From contig NC_083410.1 in NCBI RefSeq assembly GCF_020745735.1, positions 59,866,117 to 59,930,116 of the forward strand: a stretch of 64,000 nt of DNA. Direction: 5' to 3'. Positions 28,481 through 42,420 of this stretch are shown one piece after another. The stretch is from Hemiscyllium ocellatum (Eukaryota). The notes under the pieces were generated by a model, which was not told the origin of the DNA, did no database searches, and was given only the letters and a program-made list of their open reading frames with translations. The position numbers were made by a program, and so were the translations under genes. How positions within the stretch are numbered: the stretch's first letter is position 1; every line of letters begins with the position of its first letter.

Positions 28481-28884
28481 GCTGATCTACCATATCAGCT
28501 GTGGGAGTTTTGATTTCCCCTCTGTCAGGTACATCACTTCCTCCAATGACTTTTCAGGTCGGAACTATTCCATTAGATGACTGCCAGTCTTGTTCACAAG
28601 GATTGCAAAATATAAATCAATTTTGTCTATAGTATGTACTTTTGTGACTGTGGTAGGAATAGTGATTTGGAAATTAAGATCACTATTCCATGAGTCATTA
28701 GAAGTGGGAAATAAAACCATTATAATTTCTAGGATGGTTAATATCTGACTGCAAGACCTTTTAAGATAAAAGAAACTCACACTAGGTCTCAGCAATAAAC
28801 AAAGAATAAACAAAGATATCTATTATAACAAACTTATCCTCTAATGCAAAAAGAACAAATGACTAATTATAAATGCAAACTTAA

Positions 28885-30525
28885 AATACATTGGATAGAG
28901 GATTAGTTGCCCAGAACAAAATAGAGAATAGGGATAAACAGGGTGTTTGTGGGTTGGCAAACTGTTGTTCATGGAATGCCACAAGTGTCAGTGCTGGGAC
29001 CCCTGTTTACAATTTTATCAATGACTCGGGTGAAGGATCAGAAGCTATGATAACTAAGTTTGCTGATGACACAAAGATAGGTGGGAAGTAGGTTGTGAAG
29101 AGGACATTGAGTGTACAGAAAGATTTAGATAATTAGGTGAGTGTGCACAAATTTTTCAGATGCAGTGTAATGGGGGAAAAGTAAGATTGTTCACTTTGAC
29201 AGAAAGAATTAGACGTCAGAGCATTATTTAAATTGAGAAAGCTTGCAGGATATTATGGTACAAAGGGATCACAGTACATGCATCACGAAATGTCAGCATG
29301 CAGAAATAGTAATTAAGAAAGCAAATATAGTGTTTGCCTTGATTAGAGTACAAAATGAGGAAAGTCTTGCAACAGTTGTACAGGGCATTGTTAAGACCAC
29401 ACCAACAGCAATTTTAGCCATCTTACTTAAGGAGAGACAGTATTTCATTTGAGGCAGTTCAGTGAAGATTCCCCATATCCATAAAATGGAAAGAGTGGCT
29501 TTTGAAGAAAGATTAAGCAGATTGGTCATTGGGGTTAGAAGAATAAGAGCTGATCTTACTGAAACAAATCAGATTCTGAAGACCTCAACAAGGTGAATGC
29601 TGAGAGGATGCTCCCCTCTTCAGGGAATCTACAACTAGTTTCAAAATAATGGCTATCCCATTTAAGGTGGAGAAAGGAAGTCATTTGTTCTCTCACAGAG
29701 TTGTATGTGTTTGGAATTATTTCTTTCAACAAGCAATATAATTGAGATAGCATTAGACAATGTTTTGATTGACTCAGGTCAAAGATTATGGGGAAAAAAT
29801 AGGAAAGATGAGTAAAAAACAAATCAAATATGGTATCATTTTGTTGACTGTATAGCAGGCTTGAAGGGTCAAATGGCCTGCTTCTATTTCTTATGTTGGT
29901 AGGAATAATGCAGAGCGAGAAGGCGAGTTTTGTTTTCTCTCTGGAAATTGTTTCCTCTATAGAATTCTCTTCCCAACAGAGCAGTGGAGGCGAGATCATT
30001 GAATATGTTCAATGCTGAGTGCATTAAATTTTAGATCAACAAAAGAGCTGAGAACTACAGGGGCAGACAGGAATGGAGACTCACTCAGATCAGCCATTGA
30101 ATGGTGGAACAGGCTTGAGGGACAGAGTGGCCTGCTCCTCCCAGTTCTTGTATTCTTGTGCTTGAAGTGACAGAATTTAAAAGTCCTACTTGTTGACAAC
30201 ATAGTTTACTTGTTGTTTTATTTATTTCTGATTTGATTCCTTTTTTTATAATAAATTTTGTAAAAGAATGTGTCCAGTAGACAATCTGGTTGTTCCATTA
30301 AAAAGGATTCTATCAGCTTTCTGATGATTTGGTGTTGTGACAGAAGAAGAGATTAAAGTGTAGATGTAGATACAGTTCTTAGGACTAAAAGGATCAAAGG
30401 ATATGGGGAGAACCAGGAATGGTACTGAGTTGGATAATCAGTCCTGATCATATTGAATGCCAGAGCAGGCTTTGAAAGGCTGAACTGCCTACTCCTGCTC
30501 CTATATTCTGTGTTCTATGTTTAAT
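28885..30525 (+). mobile_element. Cluster of decayed CR1 LINE 3' portions
   Basis: NFINDSGEGSEAMITKFADDTKIGG RT motif; three successive 3'UTR ends near 29895, 30160 and 30520 (GGCCTGCT(T/C)CT, GCCTACTCCTGCTCCTA). Confidence 0.8.
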
Positions 30526-30729
30526 CAGCTTAATCATTTTGAATTAAAAATGGGAGAGATCAGTTAGGACTGCCACTTCTGATCCTCATCTAATGATTTC
30601 TCTGTGAGTATATATGAAGAAAGGAATGATACTGGAGGCTAGTAGTCATCTTTGGAATTGTGCAGAGGTAAACTTTCAAATCTTTCTTGATCTACTGCTT
30701 CCTCTGACCTGACTGACTGCACAATTTTC

Positions 30730-31810
30730 CTCCAGTGTACTTCTCTGTTCTCAAGTTGGGTTGGACTACTCTCACCCTGTATCATTCTCATTTATCTAAC
30801 AATAGCCCGTGTATCACTTGCAGTGGCTTCTCTTCCTTCTACTATGCTGTTGCCTTTAGTGTACCCCATGGATCCTCCCCTGTCAACATACTGCCTACGG
30901 TGGCATCATATGTATGCTGGGAACATCCAGCCCTATCTCATCTCTTTCAATTCCTACTCAATTGCTACATCATCAGTTTGATTATTTGCAGTTCAGTTCT
31001 GGATGAGTGGAAATTACCTCCATCTCAAGAACACTGAAGCTATTGTTTACAGTCCTTGCTTCAAACTGTTTTCTGGCACCCTTGATCTAAAAACATTCTG
31101 AGATTCAGTCTGTCTTCACATCAACCTGGTATCATATTGAAGCCTGAGATAAGTTTCTGACCTCCAATACATTATCACTATGGTAATCTATTTCCACATC
31201 CGTAGTAACATTCAGCTTCTCCCTTGTTTCAGCTCATCCACTGAAACTTTCAGTCAAGCCTGTGTTACTTGCTGACTCAAGTGCACTCTAGGCTGGCCTC
31301 CCTACATTCTAACTGCTATAAATATCAGGCCATTCAAAACTCTGCTACCAGTGTCTTGATTCACACAAAGTCCAGTCACCTCTTAACCTGTGCTTGCTGA
31401 CAGACAATAGCTTCTGGCTAAGCAATGTCTTGATGTTAAAATTCCCATCTTTATTTTCAAATTCCTGCAAGGCCTTGATCCTCTATCTTTCATCTCTTCT
31501 AGTCTCATTCCTTCAAAGATTCATTTGCTGTACTCCTGGCTTCATGACATGTACCATTTTAATGACTCTGCCATTGGTGGCTGTGCCTTCTGTTGTCCAG
31601 GGCCTAAATTTTGGAACGTCTTCCTTATACCTCTGTTCCACTTTTCTCCTTTAAAATGCTATTAAAAATCTACCACATTGACCGCAATTTTGACCATCTA
31701 ATTTAATTTCTCCTTATGTGGTTCAGAGATGTCTTCCTTTGAAATGCTTCTGAAAACGCATTGAACATTTAATTGTGTTAAAATACGCAATATAAATATT
31801 TGTGGTAGTA
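30730..31810 (+). mobile_element. Decayed L2 LINE 3' portion
   Basis: GTACCCCATGGATC (VPQGS-like), ATTCAAAACTCTGCT (IQNSA), TTAAAATTC...TTTTCAAATTCCT and an L2-type tail AATATAAATATTTGTGGT. Confidence 0.7.
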
Positions 31811-33559
31811 TCAAATGTGAGAAAGGACTGTCAGAAAAGGTGGTGAAAGACCTGAATAGGAGAGGAAAAAAGACATTAATTCCTAATGAAGAATTTTTCA
31901 AGTTTATTACTCAAGTGTGTAATGGCAGAATCAATAATGCAGTAAGATGATTCCATTAGCTGTAGTGGCTAATGTTATTTTCAATCAATCATACCAAAAA
32001 AAAATCAAAATCCATTGCAGACATTTGGTTAGGATCTGCAAGGGCAGAATTTTGTCATTGTGGCACACAGGTGGCATGGTGGCTCAATGGGTAGCACTGC
32101 TGCCTGTCAGTAACAGGTACGCAGGTTTGACTTTACCATTGGGTGACCATCTCTAGGATTTCTTATTTTAAAACAAAATAGAGAAACACCCTTTTCCCCA
32201 ACACAATGGAGAAGACTAGGAGACAGTGACCTGTGCATTAGTGTAGGGATAGGGCATAAAGTTCTCTAGTAGTGAAGTGACCTTGGATGATCTCCAGGTT
32301 GGACCTTCTAATGTTTGTCATAATGTACGACAGGTGATATTGCCCTTTTGAGTTTCCCACCTGATTTCTTTCTCCTTGTTCACTGACCAGGAAAGTCAGC
32401 TTAGGTGTGTAGTCAGTAGCTAATCCAGTATCACTCATTTTACATTCCCTATCCTGGTTGGCAGTTCTGACAAGAATGATTTCTGGATAGCTGCACAGTT
32501 TCAAACAAAGAGCAGATTTCTGCAAGCATTGTGATACATATGCTTTTCTCAACTGGTTTTTAGAAGGATATAACTTTGAGAATTGCAGGACATGAGGTAG
32601 AAACGTTGCTGAATGCCTCAAGAATATTTCATGTTCTATCTTGCTTGTATCTTGATATGTGATGTGATCATGACATTTAATGCACCGAATATGAAAAATG
32701 TTTCTGAGTGAAAGTAATTCAGTTTGAGTAGATCATATTCTCTACAGTTTAATAGATTCAGCATCAGAAAAGTAATGTCACAACAGCCAGTAAATGGTGG
32801 TACACACAGGAAATGAGGTATGCTTTAGAACCTCATTAAAACTAACAGTTCATTCATAAGTATTTTGTCAGACCGCTTGATAGCATTAATCATGCAGCTC
32901 AGAATAAATTACTGAGAATTATTAGGGAGGAGAATCTGGCTGTTGATGCACTATAGTTGTGCTATGTTTTATTCTCATTTATAAATGTGATCATAATTTT
33001 ATCTGTTTGATGCTGTGCTGAGAAACTTTCTGGTAATGAAGTATAGAGGTGAGAGAATGCAAATTATTTTAATGTTTTTTCTCTGCAAAAGACTTAATAG
33101 TCATTATTTATCTTCTCCAAAGTGAAGACCTTGATAAGGTTCTTGAAGTGTATAATGCACCTGAATAAACGCTGGATTTGAATTGACACCTAAGTACAGA
33201 ATGTTTTATTTCTGTTAACATTGTGATTGTTTTCTGGAATGTAATCAGAAACTAAATACTGCTGTTTTCTAACTGCAAGAGGATTTAAATGAAGATTCTA
33301 CCCCATTTAAGGTATTGCTCAATTGCACATTAATTTCAGTGTTTGTTCCAACAGCGTCAATGTGTTTTTGAACTCTGTTGCTCTACAAATTTCCAATGAG
33401 GTTTTTTTTTAACTGAATTTATGGAGCAGATTTATGATGGGCAACCCAAAGCATATTATATTTGAACAGTATTCTGACAGCACATTGCCTTCATAAATAG
33501 TTTGTGAGAATTATTGCAAAAGAGTGTGAAGCAGGCCAGGAGGAGTATGCAGCAGGTTG

Positions 33560-35100
33560 ATATTACTATGAAGCTGGCCGGCAGTGTCTAATCTCTGTGG
33601 TACCCCTCTCATCCGATTTCTATTTCAATTCTATTCCTTGCCATTCCCAAACAACTTGCCAGTGTTGGGATAGCCCGAAACCCCTGTTGCTGTTTTCATT
33701 TTTAAAGGGCTGTTGTGCACCTGGACAGTAATGTTAGTCTGGAATGGCCTACAATTTTCCTGATGTTTGCTTTGGATGTGGCAGACAAGGGAAAATTGGT
33801 GCTCTGCTTTGCAGACAGCATCCTGGAGGGGGATGGCAAGGTTCAGAGGTCATGCACTGCCTTCCCCCAGGAGCAGCAATGAAAGCTATGACTCCAGATC
33901 ATGCTGGCCTGGTCCACAGTTGATACCTGGGTTTATGCAAATATAACTATCTGAAGGAAAATGCAGTGATAGAGGAAGAAGGTCAATGACCTTCTGTACT
34001 CTGCGACCATCTCTCTGATACCTCGCACTCACTACCTCTGACACTGTATACACCTCCCACCAAGGCTCATGCCCGACAACTCTCAAGGTTACCCACAATG
34101 TCTTCCACACTCAATGTCACTCAGCCCAACCCCTGATACTACTAACCCTACAAGCCCCTCTGCACTGCCTACTCACTCGCTTGGGGCATCTCCCCATCTG
34201 CATCAACCATAACAGCTGTGCCACCCACTTGCATCTCTCTCAATTCCTGGCTTTCTTTCAATCCAGGAGGAAAACAGCCCCCAGTAGGGCAGGAAGAGTC
34301 AAGACGTGTGGGCTGTGCTACCTCACATTCAGCTCCTTTCCGATGAGAGGATGCTGACACTCAACAGCCCAAGCGGTTGAACTGACAGACCATGACAAAG
34401 CCCTCGGACTGTAATGAGAACTCCACTGGAACCTCCTGACCAAGGATTACCTTCCTTGTCTGAGGACTGCTGTCAACTGTGACAAGCTTCCAGGACTAAA
34501 TAGTTTAACAATACAGATGTACTGTGTGGCTGGCATCTCTGGTAGAGAGGCAGAGTGCAGAAAGGTGATGCAGAGCAGGGCTGCTATGAGCATCCAGGTA
34601 GGCACAAAATGACTGAGTGCCAAGCCAGCCCAGTAATGGAGCTTGGTCTACTCACTGAGCTGGGTGCATGGTTCTGAGTGCAAAGTGTCTTTTGTAGCAG
34701 TGTTGCAATTATAGTTGCCATTGCACCCTGAGGTGACAGATTGAGTGCAGAAGCATACTGTTAATGGATCAGAGATGTAACATGAGGGGTCTTAGAGACT
34801 GGCACATGCCAGAGGCCAGTGTCCACAGAATTGCAGTATGTGTGACCAGTGCCCATGGACTGCACTGAAGTGCTAGCGTGTGACGTGAAGATCCTTTGGA
34901 CCAAGTAGTGAGCTGAAGTTGCCAGTACCCAATCTGTCTTCTATGTCGAGAATTATTAGGGTCTAGTTTTCTATTGTTGCATGGTAGGACATGAAGCTTC
35001 ATATTGCTGAGAGAGATGTGCAGCTAATAAGGCTGTTAACAAGTTATGTTCTCCCTTAATAGGCAACTCATCACTCCCTAATGACAATTTTGCCTTGAAA
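33560..35100 (+). mobile_element. Old dispersed repeat, probable Harbinger Myb/SANT relic (related to 9140-11000)
   Basis: Collinear similarity to the 9.5-10.9 kb copy; no intact ORF. Confidence 0.45.
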
Positions 35101-35109
35101 CCCGAACTT

Positions 35110-35356
35110 CTGAGGAGAAATTTCTTGAGCCAGAGAATGGTTAATCTCTACAATTCATTGCCATAAAGGGTTGTGGAGGCCAAGTCAGTAAGAATATTTA
35201 AGACTGAGATATTTTTTGATTGGTAAAAGGATCAAGGGTTACAGGAAGAAGTCAGAATGGGGTTGAGAAGCATTTCAGCCATGATTGAATGGTGGAGCTG
35301 GAACAATAGGCCAAATAGCCCAATTCTGCTCCTATCTCTTAAGATCATATGGTCTT
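35110..35356 (+). mobile_element. CR1 3' end
   Basis: GAGGAGAAATTTCTTGAGCCAGAGAATGGT...TTCTGCTCCTATCTCTTAAGATCATATGGTCTT. Confidence 0.8.
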
Positions 35357-35379
35357 AAAAGAGACAGTGAGTTGTTCCC

Positions 35380-37575
35380 TCAATGAGATAGGAAAATTAC
35401 AAGGGAAAGATAGGGCAAATAAACCTAATAAACCTTGGATAACAAAATAAGTAGAAATTAAGTTGAAACAGGGAAAATATGCTTACGACAGATAACAGGT
35501 GGATATTTCAGTTGAGAATCAAGCCAAATTGAGAAGATTCAGAAGGGAATAGAAAAATAATTAGACAGGCAGGGAGCTTTTCAAGAAATTCTGGCATCTA
35601 ACATAAAAGAAAATCTGTCAGTCTTCTATCAGCATGTAGATAGTAAAATCATTGTATGAGGAGCAGTGGGACCATTTACTCACTGGCTAAAAAAGGAAAT
35701 TGCTATGTTATTAAATGAACAAGTTGCATTTTTTTTTCTGAGGAAGATGCTGCTCAGGTCATGGTGAAAGCGGAGGTGGTTCAGACATTGCGTTTAAAAT
35801 GGATAAAAAGAAAAGAAGCATTACATTGCCTGTCTGTGTTTAAAATTGACAAAGCAACAGGACTGGATGAGATGCCTCCAAGGATATTAAGAGAAGTGAG
35901 AGTGGAAATTGCAAAGGCACTGGTCCTTAATTTTAAAAATCGTTTTTAGACTTGGAGGGGTGCCAGACGTCTGGAGAATTGCAAATGGACCACTCGAATT
36001 TAAAAAGGGATACATATAAATGCAGCATCTACAGACAGATAAATTTAACCTCAGTGATGGGGAATCTTTAAGAAAGGATAATTCAGAGTAAAGTTAATGG
36101 ATATTAGGCCAATACAGGCTACTTAAGGGAAGTCAGTACAAAAGTCAAATTAAAAAATGTTAAGAATAACTTTTACATGGCTTACTTCAGTCTTCTGATG
36201 AGGTTTTAGAGAATTAATGAGGATAATGCTGTTGATACAATGTACACAGATATCAAATGCATCTGATGAAGTGTTACAAAGTAGACTTATGGGCAAAATA
36301 AGAGCTCAGGAATAAAAAGAACAGTTATAACATGGATATAGAAGTGGCTGAGCGACAGGAAACAAAAAAGAGTGGTGTATGCTTGTTTTTTTGGACTGTA
36401 TGAGGATTTATCATGGAGTTCCTCAGGAATTTGTGTTAGGACCCCTACTTTTCCTTATAGTAATGACCTGTAACCTAGCGTTTAAGAAACATCTTCAAAG
36501 TGTGCAGACATATAAAACATGGGCGCATTCTGAACCATGAGAGTGAGACTGTACAGATTCAAATGGGCAGAAACAGGTTGGTGGAATAGTTGAAAAGGAG
36601 TGTGTGAAATCTAATGCAGAGAACTGTGAAGTGATTAATTTCCATCGGAAAAATTCAGAGAGACAATCTTGAACAAAGGGTAGAATTTAAAGGGGATGTG
36701 AGAGCAGAGTGACTTGAGTGTGTAGGCACATAAAGCAATGAAGATGGCAGGATAAATTGAGGGAGCAGTTAATAAAGCATCAGGCATTCTGGGGATTATC
36801 AGTGAAGCGCACAGAATACAAAAGCAATAAGGTTCTGATACAACTGTATAATTCCTTGCTCAGTTGAAATGAATATTGTGTCCACTTGTGGGCATTACAC
36901 TTTAGGAAAGATCTCAGTGCATTAAGGTGCAGGAAAAAAAAGAAAATTATTCCAGAGATGAGGAACATCAGAAAATTGACTGGAGAAGTTGAGACTTTTT
37001 TTCATAGAGGAGACTGAAAGGGGATTCGATCGAGGTATTGATAACCATTAGTCTGGACAAAATCGATAGGGAAAAGTTGTTTTTGTTCGTGAAGATTTAG
37101 ATTACTTACAGTGTGGAAACAGGCCCTTCGGCCCAACAAGTCCACACTGACCCACCAAAGCGCAAACCACCCATACCCCTACATTTACCCCTTACCCAGC
37201 TCGATGGGCAATTTAGCATGGCCAATTCACATGACCCACACATCTTTGGACTGTGCAAACTCCACACAGCCAGTTGCCTGAGTCGGGAATTGAACCCAGG
37301 TCTCATGCGCTGTGAGGCAGCAGTGCTAACCACTGTGCCGCCCACTAATTATTTTCTGGTGGTTAGGATCTGGAATGCACTGCCAAAAAGTGTTATGGAG
37401 ACAGGGTCAAAGTGGGGATTGAAAAGGAAATTGGATGATTATCTAAAAGTGGACCATCTGCAAGGCTGTGGAGAAAAAGGTCGTGGAGTGAAACTAAGTG
37501 AACTGCTCTTCCAGTCTGTCAGTTTTGGCAGGACAGGTCAAAGGACCTCTTTTGGTATTATAACTATGATTCATT
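35380..37575 (+). mobile_element. Long decayed CR1 LINE interrupted by an HE1 SINE
   Basis: KIDKATGLDEMPPRILREV, GVPQEFVLGP, EYCVHLW and VVRIWNALPKSV motifs. Confidence 0.85.
37096..37344 (-). mobile_element. HE1-type SINE with internal deletion
   Basis: TTAGATTACTTACAGTGTGGAAACAGGCCC...GCTAACCACTGTGCCGCCC; lacks the GGAGGAAACC...GGAGAA segment seen in other copies. Confidence 0.9.
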
Positions 37576-38184
37576 TTGTCAATTTTTTAAAAATCTGCAC
37601 ATTTCATGACTATTATTATAAGCTTTTTTTCCTACTTTGGTGTACTTGCAGAGATAAAAGTGGCCCTTAAAAGTGGCCCTGAGCGTTCAAATGACTCAGT
37701 TAGGAAATGCACTTCTAAGGGAGAACCATGCTGCCCTAGGTTCAATTTCTACTTTGCCCTGAATTAGTAATAGAGGTGAAATAATGGGAGTCATTGGAAA
37801 AATGAAGTGATTAGTGCTGGAGAATGGTGAACTTCTAAGTATAGTTTCAGCCTTAGCTATTAGCTAGTGCCTTCAGGGAGGACATAATTAGTTATTTTTA
37901 AAGATGCACTTATTGGCACAGATTTGTCCATATTTATAATCAATTATATTTCAGTGTTTAATAACTAGTTTAAAATCTAGCAAGTTGTTCACACTTCTTG
38001 TCTTTCATTCTGCTATACTATGGTGTATTTTAATCAATTTCTTGTAATCCTGCTGCTGATTTGTAACAATTTCCTTACAGATCAGTAATTCTGATGACTT
38101 TTTGTTCTCCTCAGATAAGTATTTCATTTATTAGTAACATGCTATAGTTTTTGGATATTTTAATTATGTATTCATCTTTCAATG

Positions 38185-38370
38185 AAAAGAAAAGTACTGT
38201 GGATGCTGGAGTTCTAAAATGAAAATGTAAAGTGTTAGAGAATCTCATCAGTCTGTAGAGAGAAAACAGAGTTATTGCTTTGAATCTAAAATAGATAGGG
38301 AACATTAACCTGTTTCTCTATCCACAGATATTGCCAGCCTTGTAGAGTTACTTTGAATCTTTATTCTTGT
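38185..38370. mobile_element. Old quasi-palindromic Penelope-like relic
   Basis: TACTGTGGATGCTGGAG start; TCTGTAGAGAGAAAACAGAGTTA is roughly inverted by TTAACCTGTTTCTCTATCCACAGA. Confidence 0.5.
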
Positions 38371-40156
38371 CAATGATGTACAACACAAAATATACCATAT
38401 CCTCTGATATTCTATAAAAGAAGATTAAGTGTCTGGTCTTCAGCTTTTTGGTGGTTATGTTTACTGGTTGAAATGAACTTGAGTGATCTTGATCCAGATT
38501 CTAATTGAAAATAACTGCTGAAAACTCAGACTAAAGTTTGACGGAATGGGACTGCAGGACAGTGCCAATGCAGCATATTATAAATAACTTCACATTATAA
38601 AGAGCCAAAACAAATGGCTCAATTGAAATACTAAGCAGTGAATATAATACTTCAATGACTCCAGATTAGTAATGCCAGCGCAATCTATCCATCGACTCCA
38701 TAAACATGACAATGTTCATCTGAAAATTCAGATGATTAGAAAATGTTTTTATATGGCTTTTGAGGCACTGACTTTGTAGAAAGGTGTTGAAAAGAAATCT
38801 AGCAACTTTAAGCTTTTTTAAAAATTAATAAACCAGTGATTGATTATTGAGAATGCTGGAGCAGGAGTCAACAATGTAGCTCCCTCAACATGTGCTGTCA
38901 TCCTATTAGATCATGGTGGATCTGTATTTTAACTCTGTTTACATGCTTTGATCCAGTTACCCTTAAGACCTTGGCCTGGGAGAAGGCTAACACTCTCCAT
39001 TCTGAAATCCTCAATTGACCTAATCTCAGCATTTTTCTAGTGAAGATTAAGTTGTGATCTGAAAAGGATTGAACTGAAGGAAAATTGTGTTGAACATGTC
39101 ATGTTTAATGATTAAAGCATTGAGAACGTCTAGCAAAGGAATAATACGGAGAATCATGTGTAGGAAAAAAACCTTTGACGTGAAAAGTTATTAGAAAATT
39201 AAAATCAGTCTATGACTATGAAAAACTAAATAGGAATGTTTAAATAAGGGAAGTGAACTTTAGTATTGAAGTTTATATTTTAATAAATACACAGTAACCT
39301 ACATTTGGCAGAATACCACTTTGAACATTTATGTAAATCTAGAATGTGAAGTTAAATTTGGATTCAGTGGGCTGGCTGTTCAAGATTTTCTGTATTCTAG
39401 ATGTGTTCTGAGATTAGAAAGTTCAAGCCTTAGTACTCTAAAGTGATGTCAGCTCCTAACTTTACTTGTAAAAGTCAGACTGTAGGTTGAGAACTAGACT
39501 TTATATCATGCATTAATGAAATTAAGCTGCTGTAATAGAGAAGTCTTGCTTTTGAAGAGCATCTTGAAGAACAAAATATGTTCATATCGGAATGAAAAGC
39601 AACAAGTAATTCTTCTGACAGCCTGTGGAGCTGCAGCTTTTTCTGTTATAAGAAACCCAACTTGCCATTAGGCACCAGATATTAAAACCTTTCAATGATT
39701 GGCAGACATAGTTAAGGAAAAATTATGACCCCAAGCCTCTTCTAATTCTGAGTCGCTATCGTTTTTTACTCAACAATTGGAGAACCAGGGCAATCCATTT
39801 TGGGATTTTTAATGAGGTTAATATAACTGGCAAAAGCATGTAACTTTGGTTTAACCTTTAAAGAGATGCTTAGAGATCATTTGGTATGTGGGATTAATCA
39901 TGTAATGATGCAGAAGTGCCTTTCAACTGAAGCATATAGGCACTACAATTGGCTTTATCATGAGAAAATGTGGGCAGTGGAGCATATGAGTTGCAGGGTA
40001 TTCCAATGGAAGTGAACACACTCGCCAGTGCAACTGAGCTTGGGGAACACGACTTGAGTGCAGGCAATTGCATAGCCTCACTCAGGACGTATCCTGATCA
40101 CAGGGACTCTAGGACAGCCCACAGCAAAACCCAAGAACAAAGCTCAGGCTTGGCCA

Positions 40157-40260
40157 CATAGAGAAATGATATAGAGGTGCCGGTGTTGGATTGGAGTGGA
40201 AATAGTTAAAAATGGCACAACACCAGGTCATAGTGCAATAAGTTATAGTCCATAGAGAAA
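40157..40260. mobile_element. 84-bp terminal fragment of a second Penelope-like family with 10-bp TSD
   Basis: GAGGTGCCGGTGTTGGATTGG...GTTAAAAATGGCACAACACCAGGTCATAGT flanked by CATAGAGAAA at 40157-40166 and 40251-40260. Confidence 0.65.
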
Positions 40261-40413
40261 GAAGGATTGGCGGTCATACTTGGAGTCAGAAAGTTCCACC
40301 AGTATCTTTATCGATGAAAGTTTGTGATAACCATGGACCACAAACCTCCATTTGGTCTGCTCAAAGAGGACACGGCAGTACCGCCCATAGCTTCAGGCCC
40401 ATTCAGCAGTGGG

Positions 40414-40561
40414 CTCTAATAAAGGGATGAAGGGCTCTGGCCCTAAATGTCGAATTTCCTGTTCCTTGGATGCTGCCTGACCTGCTGTGCTTTAACCAGC
40501 AACACATTTTCAGCTCTGATCTCCAGCATCTGCAGACTTCACTTTTTACTCTAATAAAGGG
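40414..40561 (+). mobile_element. Penelope-like mini-element with 13-bp TSD inserted in Gypsy RNase H
   Basis: ATGAAGGGCTCTGGCCCTAAATGTCGAATTTCC...CTCCAGCATCTGCAGAC flanked by CTCTAATAAAGGG at 40414-40426 and 40549-40561. Confidence 0.85.
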
Positions 40562-41419
40562 TACACAAGAATCTGCCAAATGAGAGAGACAGTTTCATAC
40601 AGGGGACAAAGTTTGTGTAAGAATCACGGAAATGGCCCCACAGGGTAAGAGGCACGGTCAGTGCAAAGTCAAGGCCAGTGCAGTATAAAGTTTGGGGAGG
40701 TGCGATGGTCCTGCATGGACACGTGGGCCATATGAAAACCATAAATTCGCAAATGACGCAGGAGCAAATTGTGCCCTGCCCCTCAGCACAATAAGAAAGG
40801 CTGCCAGAACCTCTGGGTTCACCCTATCTGCAAAGGGTTATGAGTCCTCAGAATCGAAGATGAATGGAGTCACCTCAACGCCTTTGCCACTGGAAGAAAA
40901 AAGTGAAATTCTACCGAGGCTGTCCTGGTGCAAGAGATGAGCTCCCATGCGTTACATACCACCCATGTCGGATGCCAAGTCGGAGGAACCTCACCTGGTG
41001 CTAAAACATACCAAGAGGTGATACAACATAAAGAATTGGACTTATTTCAGTGTGTATTAAGATGGGGTGAATATTAGGAAAGAGGGTATTGGAGGAGTAG
41101 ATAGTTAATGTGGCAAGTTTGGAAAGTTATGGCAAGAAACGTCACTCGGTCTTGCAGTGGAATCCCATCCAGAAAACTGAAAGCACCCTGGATTTACCCA
41201 AAACAAATGCAGTTCAGACTTATGTGTTTAATAAAAATGGCTTATTTTTACTTTTTAAACAACTTAGGTGATCTGGTTTATAGTATAGGTAGATTAAATC
41301 AGTTGTTTACCTGTATATTTAATTCCCCATGTCACTCTATGAGCTGTGACATGGATTTATTTTCCCTTAAGTGCTGTTCACCATTTTACAAAGAGCGTTA
41401 GCGCTGCTCTGAGCCTTAC

Positions 41420-42420
41420 CATCTCTGACCACTCCACTCCCAGTATTTCCCTCATTCACCGCTCCACTCCCAGCCTCTCCCTCATTGACTGTTACACTCC
41501 CAGTTTCTCCCTCATTGACCGCTCCACTCCCAGCCTCTCCCTCATTGACTGCACCACTCCCAGTCTCTCCCGCATTGACCGCTCCACTCCCAATTTCTAC
41601 CTCATTGACCGCTCCACTCCCAATTTCTACCTTATTCGCTGCTCCACTCCCATCTCTCCCTCATTAACCGCTCCACTTTCAGTTTCTCCCTCATTGACCG
41701 CTCCACTCCCATCTCTCCCTCATTGACCGCTCCACTCCCAGTCTCTCCCTCATTGACCGCTCCACTCCCATCTCTCCCTCATTGACCACTCCACTCCCAG
41801 TTTCTCCCTCATTGACCACTCCACTCCCAGTTTCTCCCTCATTGACCGCTCCACTCCCAGTCTCTCCCTCATTGACCGCTCCACTCCCATCTCTCCCTCA
41901 TTGACCACTCCACTCCCAGTTTCTCCCTCATTGACCACTCCACTCCCAGTCTCTCCCTCATTGACCGCTCCACTCCCAGTCTCTCCCTCATTGACCGCTC
42001 CACTCCCAGTCTCTCCCTCATTGACTGCACCACTCCCAGTTTCTCCCTCATTGACTGGTTCACTCCCAGTCTCTCCCTCATTGACTGGTTCGCTCACAGT
42101 ATCTCCCCCTCATTGACCGCTCCACTCCCAGCCTCTCCCTCATTGCTACATTCCCAGTCTCTCCCTCATTGACTGCTCCCCTCCCAGTCTCCCCCTCATT
42201 GACCACTTCACTCCCAGTCTCCCCCTCATTTACCACTTCACTTCCAGTCTCCCCCTCATTGACTTCTCCAATTCCAGTCTCTCCCTCATTAACCGCTCCA
42301 CTCCCAGTTTCTCCCTCATTGACCACTTCACTTTCAGTCTATCCCTCATTGACTGCTCCACTCCCAGTCTCTCCCTCATGGACTGCGTCATTCCCAGTCT
42401 CTTCCTCATTGGCCACTTTA
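41420..42420. repeat. 29/30-bp pyrimidine-rich minisatellite, roughly 33 copies
   Basis: Unit CCCTCATTGACCGCTCCACTCCCAGTCTCT; explains the TAPLPVSPSL and GSGAVNEGET ORFs. Confidence 0.95.

Larger units (their letters stand above)
39570..41050 (+). mobile_element. Internally deleted Gypsy LTR retrotransposon relic (gag, RNase H, integrase C-terminal pieces)
   Basis: Gag-like KQQVILLTACGAAAFSVI...ENYDPKP...RYRF...MLRDHLVCGIN; RNase H-like DHKPPFGLLKED...IQQWALI. Confidence 0.7.
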
